A DNA stretch of 64,000 nt from Hemiscyllium ocellatum (Eukaryota), in the NCBI RefSeq assembly GCF_020745735.1, contig NC_083401.1:139063740-139127739 (forward strand), written 5' to 3'. Below are positions 27,885 through 40,704 of the stretch, piece after piece. A model generated the notes under the pieces. The model was not told the DNA's origin. It ran no database searches and was given only the letters and a program-made list of their open reading frames with translations. Every line of letters starts with the position of its first letter. Position 1 is the stretch's first letter. The translations under genes were made by a program, and so were the position numbers.

Positions 27885-28200
27885 ATTATAGGTGGCTCAG
27901 AAATTAGTGCTGCTGCCTCACAGTGCCCGGGACCTGGGTTCAATTCCTATCTGTGTAGAGTTTGCACATTCTCCCCGTGTCTATGTGGGTTTCCTCTGGG
28001 TGCTCTGGTTTCCTCCCACAGTCCAAAGATGTGTAGGTTAGGTGAATTGGCCATGCTAAATTGCCCATTGTGTTAGGTGCATTAGTCAGGGGTAAATACA
28101 GGGTTGGGGAATGTGGGTGGGGTTAGTCTTCAGAGGGTCAGTGTGCACTTGTTGGGCCGAAGGGCCTGTTTCCATACTGTAGGGAAATCTAATCTAATCA
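27885..28200 (+). mobile_element. HE1-like tRNA SINE, near full length
   Basis: tRNA head, HE1 core, LINE-derived tail gggccgaagggcctgtttccatactgtaggga plus (atcta)n. Confidence 0.9.
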
Positions 28201-28624
28201 ACCTTGTGAATTCAAATTGCCACTAGCTCTGAAGGACCTCAATGTTAAGTTCAAGCAACATGAAACTTGGGACACAATCCATGAGCACCAGCTGCAGGCT
28301 CCCCATGTCCAAGAGTATTGGCATCTGCCAAATCCACAGTACCATCATGGAACCTTGCCAATACAATGGAAGAATGCTCTGGAAGCACAGATTTGCACTG
28401 CAGGACATACCAGTAATTAGCATTGAAAGGTTCCAGGAGCAAAGTTTTGTGTGCATAGACAGGCTAAACTAAGCTGTAATTCAGGACTGCTTTCTTAGTA
28501 ATTGTTCAATTAGAGACAAAACTGGAAATCATATCATCCATGTCTTACTGTGCTGTGTCAATTAGTGCTTGCCTTGCTGGTTAGCTGTCATTAGCTTTGG
28601 GACCACAGCGTCTTGTTCTATAGC

Positions 28625-29612
28625 ATACACTATCCTCTGCATGAAAACGTTGTCCTTTATTTCTCTTGCCCCTCTCACCCTAAACCTCTGCCTTCAAGTT
28701 CTGGACTCCCCCACTCCTGGTAAAAAGACTATTTATCCTATCCTTGCACCTCACGATTTTATAAACCTCTCAGGTCACCCCTCAGCCTCCGATAGTCCAG
28801 AGAAAACTGCCCCAGCCTATTCAGCCTCTCCCTATAGCTCAAAACTTCCAACCCTGGCAATGTCTTTGTAAATCATTTCTGAACCCTTTCAAGTTATACA
28901 ACATCCATCCGATAGGAAGGAGACCAGAATTGCATGCAATATTTCAAAGGTGACCTAACCAATGTCCTGTACAGCCACAACATGACCTCCCAACTCCTGT
29001 ACTCAGTGCTCTAACCAATAAAGGAAAGCGAACCAAATGCCTTCTTCACTATCCTATCTACCTGCGACTCCACTTTCAAGGAATTTAAACCTACGCTACA
29101 AGGTCTCTTTGTTCAGCAACACACCTCAGGATATTACCATTAAGTGTACAAGGCCTGCCCTAACACACTTTTCCAAAATGCAGCACCTTGCATTTATCTA
29201 AATTAAACTCCATCTGTCCATCTGATCAAGATCCCATAGTATTCTGAGGGAAACTTCTATGCTGTCTGCTACACCTCCAATTTTTGTGTCATCTGCAAAC
29301 TTACCTCCTATGTTCACATCCAAATCATTTATATAAATGATGAAAAGCAGAGGACCTAGCACCAATCCTTCTGGCACACCACTGTTCACAACCCTCCTGT
29401 TTGAAAACCAACCCTCCACCACCATCCTCTGTCTTCTAGCCAGTTCTGTATCCAAATGGTTAGTTCTCCCTGTATTCCATGAGCCCCAACTTTGCGAACC
29501 AGTCTCCCATGTGGAACCTTGTCAAATGCCTTATTAACGTCCATATAGATCACGTCCACTGCTCTGCTCTCATCAATGTTCTTTGTTACATCTTTAAAAA
29601 ACTCAATCAAGT
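28625..29612 (-). mobile_element. CR1/HER1 LINE RT fragment
   Basis: VDVIYMD..KAFDKVPHGRL, GVPEGLVLGPLLFIIYINDLD and FADDTKI motifs. Confidence 0.92.
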
Positions 29613-30326
29613 CTGTAATTCCCCATTGTCACATTTTCTAGCTTCTAATATCTTCAGGTTTGGAGGTGGGGGGGGGGGGTGGCGATGGACAACAATTGTG
29701 AAGCGGTGCGTGGGCCAACTGGGTAAAACTGTGCAATGAGTTTTGAACTTCTTTAAAATTTGGTATTTTAACTAAACCCTTGAACACTGGTTAAAATGAC
29801 TGATTTTCCCCAGAATCGCTATGTGGAAAATGATGACACCTCTCAAACTATTGCATTTTTCCTTTGCATGCTATACACTGGACAGCAAACAAATCAGGAG
29901 GGAAAACGCATTCCGCAAGAGCTCTTTTTATAATAAAAGAAAAATAAAAGAAATTGCTGTAACAGTGCAGTAAGCAGTATGCAGTGAGTGGTTACAAACT
30001 GAAATGCAGTGCTACACTGTGATGGAAACAACTTCAATGACAACACTCAAAAAAAGCAGTCGTCTTGCTACATGAACAGGACTGTCTGCATGGCTTTGGG
30101 GAAGATGAGACCAGGTGAGTTGACTAGGTCTTGCATGACATGATGGGCTGAATGGATTCCTTATGTGCTGTAATGATTCTGTGGTTGTTAAGTTATCTGG
30201 TGACAATAAAGTGAAAATATGAAGCATATTTCTTGCCCTACCTTGCATAAAAACTGAAAATTTAATTTGATAAGAGCACGTGTAGGAACACTGAACTGTC
30301 AGGAAAAAAAAGGAGACAAAACTTAC

Positions 30327-30504
30327 ATAATCAAAGTGCATTTAAAGCACTGTTTCACACGAAAGATGGTCTTAGACTCTAGACAATGGACTGGGAAATG
30401 CGATTTGACGGTGCGTTGTACCCAGGGCAAGTGTCTGCAGTGTATCAGTTGGAAGCTGGGCTGATCGAATTGTGAGAAAGAGGGGCTGGGGGCGACATCC
30501 GATC
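30327..30504 (-). other. Candidate CpG-rich exon of an unidentified minus-strand transcript
   Basis: ttgcccgtcccctccctAG acceptor, GTAAGT donor, one fully open frame, locally high CpG. Confidence 0.35.
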
Positions 30505-31914
30505 CTAGGGAGGGGACGGGCAAGCATAAACTGGCTGTGGGCCACAATAGCATTTGTGGATTACAATTTTGATTTTAAAAAATCGTGTCCAAAAATGGTT
30601 CGAAACTATTTTTTCGTCATAATTAATACTCAAAATAGCCCAATGATCAGTTAGCCAGTAGCAACTGAATTTTATAATTCTATAATAGTAATGGCATGTA
30701 CATAGAGAAATCATATAAGGACATTTATTTATAAATTTCAATCCTACAGCACTCAGGCTGAAATAATAAATATCAAACTGCAGCTCTGTAACGGCTTGTA
30801 CCATTCAAACACCTATTCGGCTGGAATGCAACGTTAAAGCAGCTGTGGCTTTCCCTGAAATAACTGGAAAATTCATTTCCAAACCATGAGATTTAAGATA
30901 GTAAAACAGTATGTTTAAAACAAGAATGAAAGAGGAATAATCCTATACTTCAAGAGAACTAACAAACGATTTATTGTCCCACTCAGTTGGATATGATGAC
31001 AATAGCCCCTGTCACCATGCCTCAGTGTCTTAGCCACTTGAGCCTGCTGCCTCAATAATGCAGCTATAGCTAACACATGCAAATAACCATTCTCTTCAGA
31101 CTGTCTATCCTCAGTTATAGTTTACTCTGTAAAGTTGCATAGATGTTCATGCTGGTCTTTCTCCTCACCCAGTGAATTTTGGTCATAAATATTTCCAATT
31201 TTTTTGGAACCACGTTTAGTTGTTTTCGACAAGTGCTTACCAGTCATTGAAAGGACTGTCTTGTTTCATTCCCACATTTCTAACAAAATATGCTTAGATG
31301 TGATGGGTTATAAAAGATGAGACACACGTTACCAAGGGTATAAATGGTTAAACTGATTTGATAAATCAGTTATTTTAAAATAATTAGCTGTACATTTTTT
31401 ATTTACATACACTTGATATTTATAATGAAAACAAAATGCTTCTACTCGAGAGCCATTTTGCCAGTGTAGGGCTAACTAGGACAAACAATGGAATGTATTT
31501 CATCTGGCTTGCTTTCTGAAAAGGGGGCGAGACATTTCACTGCAAGGCCCGCCAAATCTTCCTCCAATCTGGCAGGTCTGAGGGAAGATCAAGGATAGCT
31601 GCCAGCCAATCAGAGGCCAGGTAGCTCTTGCATATAACAGCACCACTGAGAAGGCTGTGACTACTGGTGGTATGAAAAACTAATATGGTGATGACCAAGA
31701 TCCAGGTAAATAACTTTTGCAATGTGATTTTGGGGGGGGGGAAACTTCTGGGGCTAACGGCTACAGGGAAGTGGTGGCCAGGGGCATTCACAGCTGTCCC
31801 ATGACCATTGTGTCCAGGAGGTTTTAAAAAGCATGAGACCAGGCAAGTCTCAATCTGAACAAGAACTGAGAGTTTGGAAAAAACATTACCATATTTTTAG
31901 GTTATATTAAACAA

Positions 31915-32630
31915 AGAACATAGAATCATAGAATAGAGGAGACCCTTCAGTCCATCAATTCTGTACTACCAAAACCACAGTAAATCTACGTGAGTCCCAC
32001 TTTCCTGCACTTGGCCAACAGTGTTGAAAGTTAAAACATTTCAAGTCTTCATCCAACTATTTTTTAAATGTTGTGAAACTTCCTACCTCAACCACCCGCC
32101 CAGGCAGTGCATTCCAAACTCTCATCACCGTCTAGGTTTAAAAAAAATCCCTCATCCTCTTTCAGTGTCCTGTCTTTTCACCCTGCCCATCATAATTCTA
32201 TACACCTCTATCCGGCATACACCTCAACATTCTCTGCCCCAAAGAAATCAACCCAAGCTTATCCAGCCAGTCTTCCTCACTAAACTCCATCCTGGTGAAT
32301 CTCCTCTAGCGCAATCACATCTCCCCTGTAGTGTAGTGACCAGAACTGCACACAGTACCCCAGCTGTGGTCCGGCTAAAGTCCTGTACAGTTCCAACATG
32401 AACTCCCTGGTCTTATTTATGCTTCAACTGATAAAGACAAGTGACCTGCATACCTTGTTAATTACTCTATTAGCCTGCCCTGTCACCTTTGGGATTTGTG
32501 ACAAACACTCCACGATCCCTTTGTTCCTCTGAGCTTCCAAGTGTCCCCCCCATTCACAGATTACTTCCTTGTCTTGTTACTTCTTCCAAAATGTATCACT
32601 TCATACAAATCAGGGTTAAATTACACTGTC
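31915..32630 (-). mobile_element. CR1 LINE 3' fragment
   Basis: Reverse-strand CR1 C-terminus with (attctatg)n tail. Confidence 0.8.
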
Positions 32631-32674
32631 CCTTACTGCTGTATAATAATGGCAAAGGTAGAATCACAAAAGAC

Positions 32675-32730
32675 CAAGTTAAAAATAGCACAACACTAGG
32701 TTATAGTCCAAAAGGTTTATTTGAAAGTAC
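32675..32730 (-). mobile_element. Fragment of the third PLE-terminal family
   Basis: gttaaaaatagcacaacactaggttatagtccaaaaggtttatttgaaagtac matches the reverse complement of about 43540-43595. Confidence 0.65.
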
Positions 32731-32945
32731 AATATGGCACCAGAGATCTTGTCCATGCAACTTGGAGCTGTACTTCCACGTAGGAAAATGGCATAAAGAA
32801 ACACGATTGCTTTGCCTTTTATAGACACAGAAATGTTATATAACCATCAAAAAGGAAGCATTGGTAACAACTGCCTACAAATCTTTGTGACTATTTAATT
32901 TGCAGTTCAGATGGCCCATAAGCTCTGATCACTCTCCTGATAATA

Positions 32946-33272
32946 AATCATAGAATCCCTACAGTGTGGAAACAGGCCAGTGTGGCAGCAAGTCCACACC
33001 AACCCTCCAAAGAGTAATCTACCTAGAGCCATTCCCCTACCCCATTACTCTGTTTTCCCTGACTAATGCACCTAACCTACATATCCTAAACACTATGGGC
33101 AATTTAGCATGACCAGTTCACCTAACCTGCACATCTTTGGATTGTGGGAGGAAATCCACACAGACATGGAGAGAATGTGCAAACTCCACACAGCTGCCTG
33201 AGGGGGGAATCGAACCCAGGCCTCTGGTGCTGTGAGGCAGCAGTGCTAACCACTGAGCCACCGTACTGCCCT
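32946..33272 (-). mobile_element. HE1-like tRNA SINE
   Basis: gggcagtacggtggctcagtggttagcactgctgcctcacagc head on minus. Confidence 0.9.
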
Positions 33273-34014
33273 TCTCTAAGGAAATGGCAAAGGTGCCACA
33301 CTGACTCGTGTGCAATAGTGCAGGCACTCTGCTCAGACCAACAGTGACCAGGTTGCACTGCAGGACCTGGTGCTCACCTCTGAAGCTGAAGACACTATCA
33401 CTCTCAGACATTACAGCAACACAATTGGAAGATGCAGAGTATGTTCAGGTCAGACAATAATAACAGGGTGACTCACCAGCATGTCAGCCTTGCAATGAGG
33501 TGTTGTTTAAAAAAAAAATCACAAAGCACAGGCACTCCCGAAAGTAAATGATGACCTACTAATCTTTAATAACAGACCCCTGACCCCATGGGCACTGAGA
33601 GAAGACATCTCCAAAAACTCCATGGTCATCATTTGGGATTAGCAAAATACAAAACAAGTCAAAACAACATTCAGTATGATATAGTAGTATTCCAAAAGCC
33701 AGTTTAGATTTTTTTATTGTAGTTGTGCCATCAACAAATATACACTTACAGGACCTTTATTACCATCAATCTATCCCTATAGAGTTTGGCAAAGGCTAGG
33801 CTGAGATCTGTTTGATTTCAGAGTGAGGGTTTACTTTATAAGCACAAGCCACTGCTTTAATTGGTTAGAAATCAGCAGCTTGTAGCTGAAGCTGTGATTA
33901 AGGCTTTAAAATAGCCTATATTTCCACACATGGCATTCTGAATGAAACGATAGCAGGTAATGGACAGTTTGTAAATTAATGTTTCAGACAAGTCACTGAG
34001 GAATATTGATTTCT

Positions 34015-34292
34015 TTATGTGAGAGAGATTGCACATTTAAGACAAAGGAGAAGAAATTTCTTCTCAGAAGATAATGAATCTGTGGAATCCTATATCACAG
34101 AGGGCTCTTGAGGCTAGGTCATTAAGTGTATTCAAGGCTGAGATAGACAGTTTTTTAATCAGTGAAAGGATCAAGGGACGTGGGGAAAAAGCAGGAAAGT
34201 GGAGTTGAGGATTATAAGATCAGCCATGATCTCATTGAATGGTGCAGCAGACTTGATCAGCTAAATTACTAACTTCTGCTTTACCATTTTAT
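34015..34292 (+). mobile_element. CR1 LINE 3' fragment
   Basis: ttcaaggctgagatagacagttttttaatc...gatcagccatgatctcattgaatgg. Confidence 0.75.
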
Positions 34293-35496
34293 GACGTTGG
34301 ATGATCATCCATGAACATAATGAATTTTCTATGTTATTACCATTCATTTGCATGCTAAGAAAGAAGTGGAGAGTGAAGTATAAACTATCAAGATGCTTAT
34401 GACAAAAAATAACAATATAGATTCAGCCTTCTCTCATTTCAGGATGAAATGAATGTACTCTAAGGAATGTACTGTCACCAACAGCAGCACTAACAGACTG
34501 CTAAAAAACTCAGCTCTCTTTGCTACAGCATAAGCTTCTGATTCAACATCACCTCAAAACTGAATAAGGCAAAAGGTGGAAACACTAAGAGATCAACCGT
34601 CCCAATTGTACAATTGTCAGCACAGAGCAAAGGTACTACCCTGTTATTACCTGGACAAAGATGTTAATAAGAGACCGTCAAATTGAGGTAGAGTCATCAA
34701 ACAAACAAGCTGCCATGATTATATCTCATCCAAAAACCATGTTGGGGCCATAGAAAACAAAGGCTCTGATGTAACTCAAAGCTTCAAGGAAAGACTCACT
34801 CAAGCATTATAAAAAGTGGGAAGATGAGACAGACTCTACATCAACCATCTCAAGGAGTGGCTCGAGTCCTAGCACTGAGTATTGACCCCATCACCCTCTA
34901 CCATAAACACTGATAATTAGATCAGGAAGAGACATAAAGGCACTAAGTAGACTCAACCTGTGATGTTGAGACTGAGAGGACATGGTGGGCAGATGAATAT
35001 TTTAAAGAGTCTTTGAAGCCTGAACTTTGTAGGAACAAATGGTTTAATTCCAATTTAATGAAATTGTGGGGAAAATGATGTTGTCCACACTGAGTCAGAC
35101 TGGTTGTGCTTGTGTGCTAATTCCAGTGAATTAGGCTTTTTAGGCTTAGATTGTACCTGAACTAACTGAAGGCAGTCCAAAGTTAGAAACCGAGGAAGGT
35201 AACAAGAAATCCCACATCTAACTTGCTGAGTGAGTTGCTCAAGAATTTTACCTCTGGGGACTTGAGTTTGGATCTGCTCTGGGGCAGAACACAATAGACT
35301 GACAAAATACGTAGAATTTAAGTCTGACATTTTGTGCCAACACATCAATTGATGCATGAAATGCACATAATGAATTAGTAACTGGAATTAACTGAGTCCT
35401 CAGCTTGTCTAACTTAGGAGATTTACGATATTCAGTAGAAAATGGGCGATAACGAAAGTAAAATCAGTTGCGGCAAGATCAGCCAATGATACATTT

Positions 35497-35548
35497 ATGC
35501 AACACCAGGTTATTAACAACAGAGTTTAACTTTGTCCACCCCAGTCCA
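35497..35548 (+). mobile_element. Tiny remnant of the third PLE-terminal family
   Basis: gcaacaccaggttat plus tail actttgtccaccccagtccaacatgggcacctccac, flanked by atgatacattt/atgatatattt. Confidence 0.65.
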
Positions 35549-36039
35549 ACATGGGCACCTCCACATGATATATTTGCGGTTCACCTTGCATCACTGCAGA
35601 ATGCAAGTTTCACCTCTAGAATTTTCCATTCAATCTCATTTGGAGACGACGAAAACTAGTCTCTACCAATGCTTTAGTGATTTTTTTTTACTTGGATTGT
35701 GTTGGTTTTAAGGAACCGCATGTCTCTCTGGTCTGACTTTTGTTTTCTCTGGAACCGTAACACTGAAATATTACAATAATCAAAGTACTCATACATCAGG
35801 GACCACTTGTGAAGCAATAACATCAAACAGGAAATTAAATATGTTTTGTGTCGATAAAAAATTGTGACTACTGCTTATTCTGTGCTAACCCTACCAGTTT
35901 TATTTTACACATAGCTGTTCTTTCTACTTCCATAGTCTTTTTATATTTTACACTTCAAAAGAAGTTTTAAAAATTTGCCTTTATTCTTCCTGTTCTCACT
36001 GAGCATTTTAGAGGCAGCAGATTTTTAGAAGCTAACCTT

Positions 36040-36165
36040 TCAGTGGTTAGCACTGCTGTCTTACAGCGCCAGGGACCCAGGTTCGAGACCAGCCTCAGGC
36101 AACTATCTGTGTGGAGTTTGTACATTCTCCCCATGTCTGTGTGGATTTCCTCTCACAGTTGAAAG
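36040..36165 (+). mobile_element. HE1-like SINE 5' fragment
   Basis: tRNA-like head. Confidence 0.8.
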
Positions 36166-36292
36166 ATGGCAGAAAGGGACATGAGATAACTTTGGAAACT
36201 GGGGTTAAGTAGAAACTAAAGGGATTCTACAAACACATTAAGGACAAAAGGGTAATTAGGGAGAGAATAGGAGTCCTGAAAGATCGACTAGG

Positions 36293-36438
36293 TGAAAGTG
36301 AGGACTGCAGATGCTGGCGATTAGAGTCCAGATTGTGGTGCTGTAAAAGCACAGCAGGTGCCCAAAACATTGATTTTTCCTGCTCCTCGAACGCTGCCTC
36401 ACCTGCTGTGCTTTTCCAGCACCACACTCTTGACTCTG
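36293..36438 (-). mobile_element. Short fold-back PLE-terminal element inserted in a CR1 fragment
   Basis: Tail gaaagtgaggactgcagatgctgg on the left, inverted arms, centre deleted; degenerate TSD aaagatcgactagg/aaagaacagcaagg. Confidence 0.8.
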
Positions 36439-36506
36439 AAAGAACAGCAAGGCCACCTATGCATAGAACCATAGGCGATGGGGGACATACTAAATGAGTA
36501 TTTTAT

Positions 36507-36815
36507 GGGCAGCACGGTGGATAGCACTGCTGCCTCACAGCACCATGGACTCAGGTTCGATGCCAGCCTTGAGCGACTGTCTGTGTGGAGTTTCCTGTGT
36601 CTGCATGGGTTTCCTCCCAGAATTCAAAGATGTGCAGGTTAGATGAATTGGCCATGTTAAATTGCCCACAGTGTTCAGGGATGTGTTGGTTAGGTGCATT
36701 AGTCCGGGGTTAAATATCGATTAATGAGTAATGGGTTTGGGTGGAAGACTCTTTGGAAGGTTGGTGTGGACTTGTTAGGCCGAAGGGCCTGTTTCCACGC
36801 TGCAGGGATTCTAAG
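36507..36815 (+). mobile_element. HE1-like tRNA SINE
   Basis: Head, core and LINE-like tail. Confidence 0.88.
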
Positions 36816-38234
36816 ATTACTTAATTAAAAACTGGGTTAAATTCTAGTTTCTGGAGACATGGAAACAAACCATTCGGTTCAATTCAACTATGCCAACCAC
36901 ACATCCTGTACCGATTTTGTTCCATTTGCCAGCATTTGGTCCATATCCTTCAACTCCTCCCATTCATGTATACACATTTTACGCCTTTTACGAGCTGTAA
37001 TTGTACCCACCTCCTCTGGCAGCTCTCAGCATGAAGAAGTCACGTCCCTTTTAAATCTTTCCCATCTCACCTTAGACCTTGCAGTCATATAGAGAGTCTT
37101 CTTTGACTGTAAATAGCCAAACAATGAATACTCAGAAACAATTAGTTTACTTGCACAAGATGGATTGCACACCACCACCCCCCAACCATGCCAAGGAACA
37201 TTTTGCGCACACCTTGAAGGTAGCAAAATGTTTTCCTGCTTTCCCTTATTTTTTCTCATAAAAGGCACTGAATGTTTTTGATATAGATAGTCCCAAAGGA
37301 AACCAATCACTCCAATTTCTTCATAACATGGATTTGCCCAATGCAGCCGACAGGTAAATCAATATACATGATATCCTGGAGCTTTTGCATGACTAATCTA
37401 AGGATGTAGAGAGAAATTTTAAGAGCTTTTTCCTTCTTTGACATTTACTTGACATTAAAGCTATTTCACAAGGATACTAGTCAGGCTAAATCCATATTAG
37501 ATGTGGTTGTTCAGTGGAAGACAAATGCTGTATGGTTGATTGGCTTGACCTCATGTACTTTAAAGGGATAGTTTGAGTCTGCCCTGACCAATGGAGCACA
37601 AGTACATGCTATTCCTTATGTACTCAAACCTTTAACAAATTTCAAAGGATAGAAATTCATTGTTTCCAAAGAGACATCAGAGAAATTCAGAAAGGTTGCT
37701 GAACCAGGATCATGTGTCCTGTAACCTGTGCTGTTTCTGAGCAAACAAGAGCATAAAGCAAAACATCTGCTTTCGAGACAGTCAGTAATGTTTGAAGACA
37801 TTGTCACATGTAGTACCTGTAATAAATATGCAGTAACCAATCTCTGAAATAGAATAACACAAATATTTAGCTTTCTGAAAACTTTTCTTAAAAACGTTTA
37901 TAGTGATAAATAATTTCATAGCAGGTAAAAGTTCAATGCAGCACTTGAATGTAAATTATTGATGTGATGTCAAAATGTATTTCCAGATGGACAAACGTTT
38001 TCATGCTTAGCTGTGGGGGTCAACCAGGTGATCTTATTTCTTCAGGCATATTTCCTTTCAAAGCTACAATCAGCCAACTCCATAAAGATTAACACATGAA
38101 GTTAAAGGTGAAAGTTCAGTTCCTTATGCAGATTTGTTAAAAATTGTTCTGCTATATAAAGTGGCTTTCTATCTGCCCAATGCTTTAAATCTCTTCTTCA
38201 ATACAATGCGGCTGCTGGGTTCATTAGGACTTAA

Positions 38235-38512
38235 AATCATAGAATCCCTAGAATGTGGAAACAAGCCCTTCAACCCAACAAGTCCTCACAGACCATCCGA
38301 AGAGTGTCCCATCCAGACCTTTACTCTACATTTAACCCTGACTAATGCACCTAACCTATATATCCCTGAACACTATGGGCAATTTAACATGGCCAATTCA
38401 GGTAACCACCTTTGGATTGTGCGAGGAAACTGGAGCATCTAGGGAAAATGCACAAACTCCACCCAGGCTGGAATCAAACCTAGGTCCCTGGCACTGAGGC
38501 AGCATACCACAC
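38235..38512 (-). mobile_element. HE1-like tRNA SINE
   Basis: Similar to the 32946-33272 copy. Confidence 0.82.
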
Positions 38513-38519
38513 CTTAAGG

Positions 38520-38780
38520 AAGTTTTAAAATGATATGAGGCAACTAGTTTTGTTTTTAAAACACAGTACTTCATATGTACAATGAACTTCCAAAGGAATT
38601 GGTGGATGTAGGTGCAGTTACAATGTTAAAAAGACATTTTTTAAAGTACATGAATAGGAAAGGTTTGGAAGGATATTTTTCAAGTACAGGCAGATGGGAC
38701 TAATTTAGTTAGGGATTATAGTCGACATGGACTGGTTGGACCAAACTGTCTGTTTCCGTGCTGTATGACCCTATGCCTCC
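38520..38780 (+). mobile_element. CR1 LINE 3' fragment
   Basis: aatgaacttccaaaggaattggtggatg...tccgtgctgtatgaccctatg. Confidence 0.78.
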
Positions 38781-39639
38781 ATAACAGCTGTAATTTGACT
38801 TCTTTATTAACCATATTTATCTTTAACATTTATGAAATTTTTCAGAAGATTGTATAAAAATTAAAGCTTAGTTTAGCATTGAAAAACTAGTCACAGTGGA
38901 GAAAAATGTTATTCTAATATTGCTACAGGTATTTTCGTTACGTCCTAATTTACCTTATTAGCTGGATAAACACGTTACTGGGGCAAGAACAGATTGTTTC
39001 CTGGACACTACACAATCATTTCTGTATCAATATTGGTTGAAAAGGTATAGGTTTTTTTTTATTTATAGCAAACCAGGGCTATAATTGAACATTGAAATGG
39101 GAGAATGAAAGAATAAATTACGATCTTTTAAAAACTCAGTCTATTCAAGATCAACTTGAGTGTCTAATTTTTTGATGATGACTTTATTTTAACAACTATG
39201 TTGTGTATCACCACTTCCCTAAACTTCCTTCTTGTTTCTGGAAAGTTCCAAATATGACATACTATACCATTACTACAAGGGGTTCGCCCTCTTTCATCCC
39301 CTTTCTATCTTCCTCTTTCTCTTCACTGTTTTCTAGAGAAAAACAGAGGTAAGAATATTTCTCATTTCTGGGAATTAATGACTTAAGACAACTTATTCAA
39401 ACTGTTTGGCTCCTTCACACTTAGTAATGCTAAAATAACCATGGTGTCAATTGGTATGTGTATTACTGCCAGACTAAAGATAGACAAGTTTGGGGCACTG
39501 AAAGAAAGTGATTTGTGCAGATTCACACTTAGTTAATAAATTATTATATTTTGTGATGGAAGATAAACAGTTATCTGGTTGAATACTTAGGAATATTTGT
39601 GGAATTTGAATAAATTTTGAAATCTGGAACTGGCATTAA

Positions 39640-40325
39640 CTAATGGTAGGAGCTGGTATCCAAATGCAGCAATACTTGGACAACGTTCAGGCTTGACCTG
39701 ATAACTGGTAGGTAATGGCACAGGAGTACCAAGACCATCTAATTACCATGCCTACAAGAGCAGCTCAGAGGTTAGGAATACTGCAGTGAATAACTCATTT
39801 TTGACTACTCAAATCTGATCTATCATTTACAAGGCACAAGTAAGGGGTATGATGGAATTCTCTCTACTTGCTTGGACAATTGTAGCTCTAATAAGCACTC
39901 AGTAAGCTCGATGCCATCCATGACAAAGCAATTTATTTGACTGGCATCAACACTTCCAATGTTCACAGCTTCCACGACACACAGTGGTAACATGGTCTAT
40001 CTACAAGATATACTGTTAACAATTCAACAAAGGTCATTCCATAGCACATTCCAAATCCACAACCTCTCCAAACTAAGAAGCAAGTCCAACAGATACAAAG
40101 GTACACTACCATCAACAGATCCTCTCCAATCTACACATCATTCTGATTTAATCACTGTCGCTAGGGTAAAGTCCAAGAACTTTCTCCCTTACAGCACTGT
40201 CAGTGTATTCACAGCATTTAGATCAAGGAGGAAGCCTATTGCTATCTTGTCAATGATAGTGAGGGATGGGCAATACATGCAAGCTGATGCCCACATTCCA
40301 CACTCCCAAAATGAATAAATAAAGT
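39640..40325 (+). mobile_element. LINE 3' fragment (second family)
   Basis: IYKAQVRGMMEFS motif; tail gatgcccacattcc...aatgaataaataaa. Confidence 0.72.
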
Positions 40326-40409
40326 GAACTAAGTTTATTTTAGAGCAGACTTCAGGGATCACTATTCAAGATGGCACCGAAAGCGAGATCATACAAACAT
40401 ACAAAATAG

Positions 40410-40618
40410 GAGAAAGTGAGGACTGCAGATCAGAGTGGAGTGTGTGGTGCTAGAAAAGCACAGCAGGTCAGGCAGCATCCAAGGAGCAGAAGTATCAATG
40501 TTTTGCACATAAGTCCTCCATCAGGAACGAGCCTCATGAGGGTTTATGCCTGAAACGGCGACTTTCCTGCTCCTCAGATGCTGCCTGACCTGTGCTTTTC
40601 CAGCACCATACTCTTGAT
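40410..40618 (-). mobile_element. Short palindromic PLE-derived element with degenerate hammerheads
   Basis: Tail, arm and inverted arm, with the centre just 5' of the CUGAUGA-like cores. TSD acatacaaaatag/acatgcaaagtag (40397-40409 and 40619-40631). Confidence 0.85.
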
Positions 40619-40704
40619 ACATGCAAAGTAGACAATTCAAATCCTCACATCTACTCTATCATTCAATAAATCTTGTGGGTAGAGATTAGGAATTTTTTTA
40701 AAAA

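Noticed and set aside
27885-27960. tRNA-like sequence (also at 12195, 33200, 36040, 36507 and 57765)
   Set aside because: These are SINE heads followed by the HE1 body, not tRNA genes.
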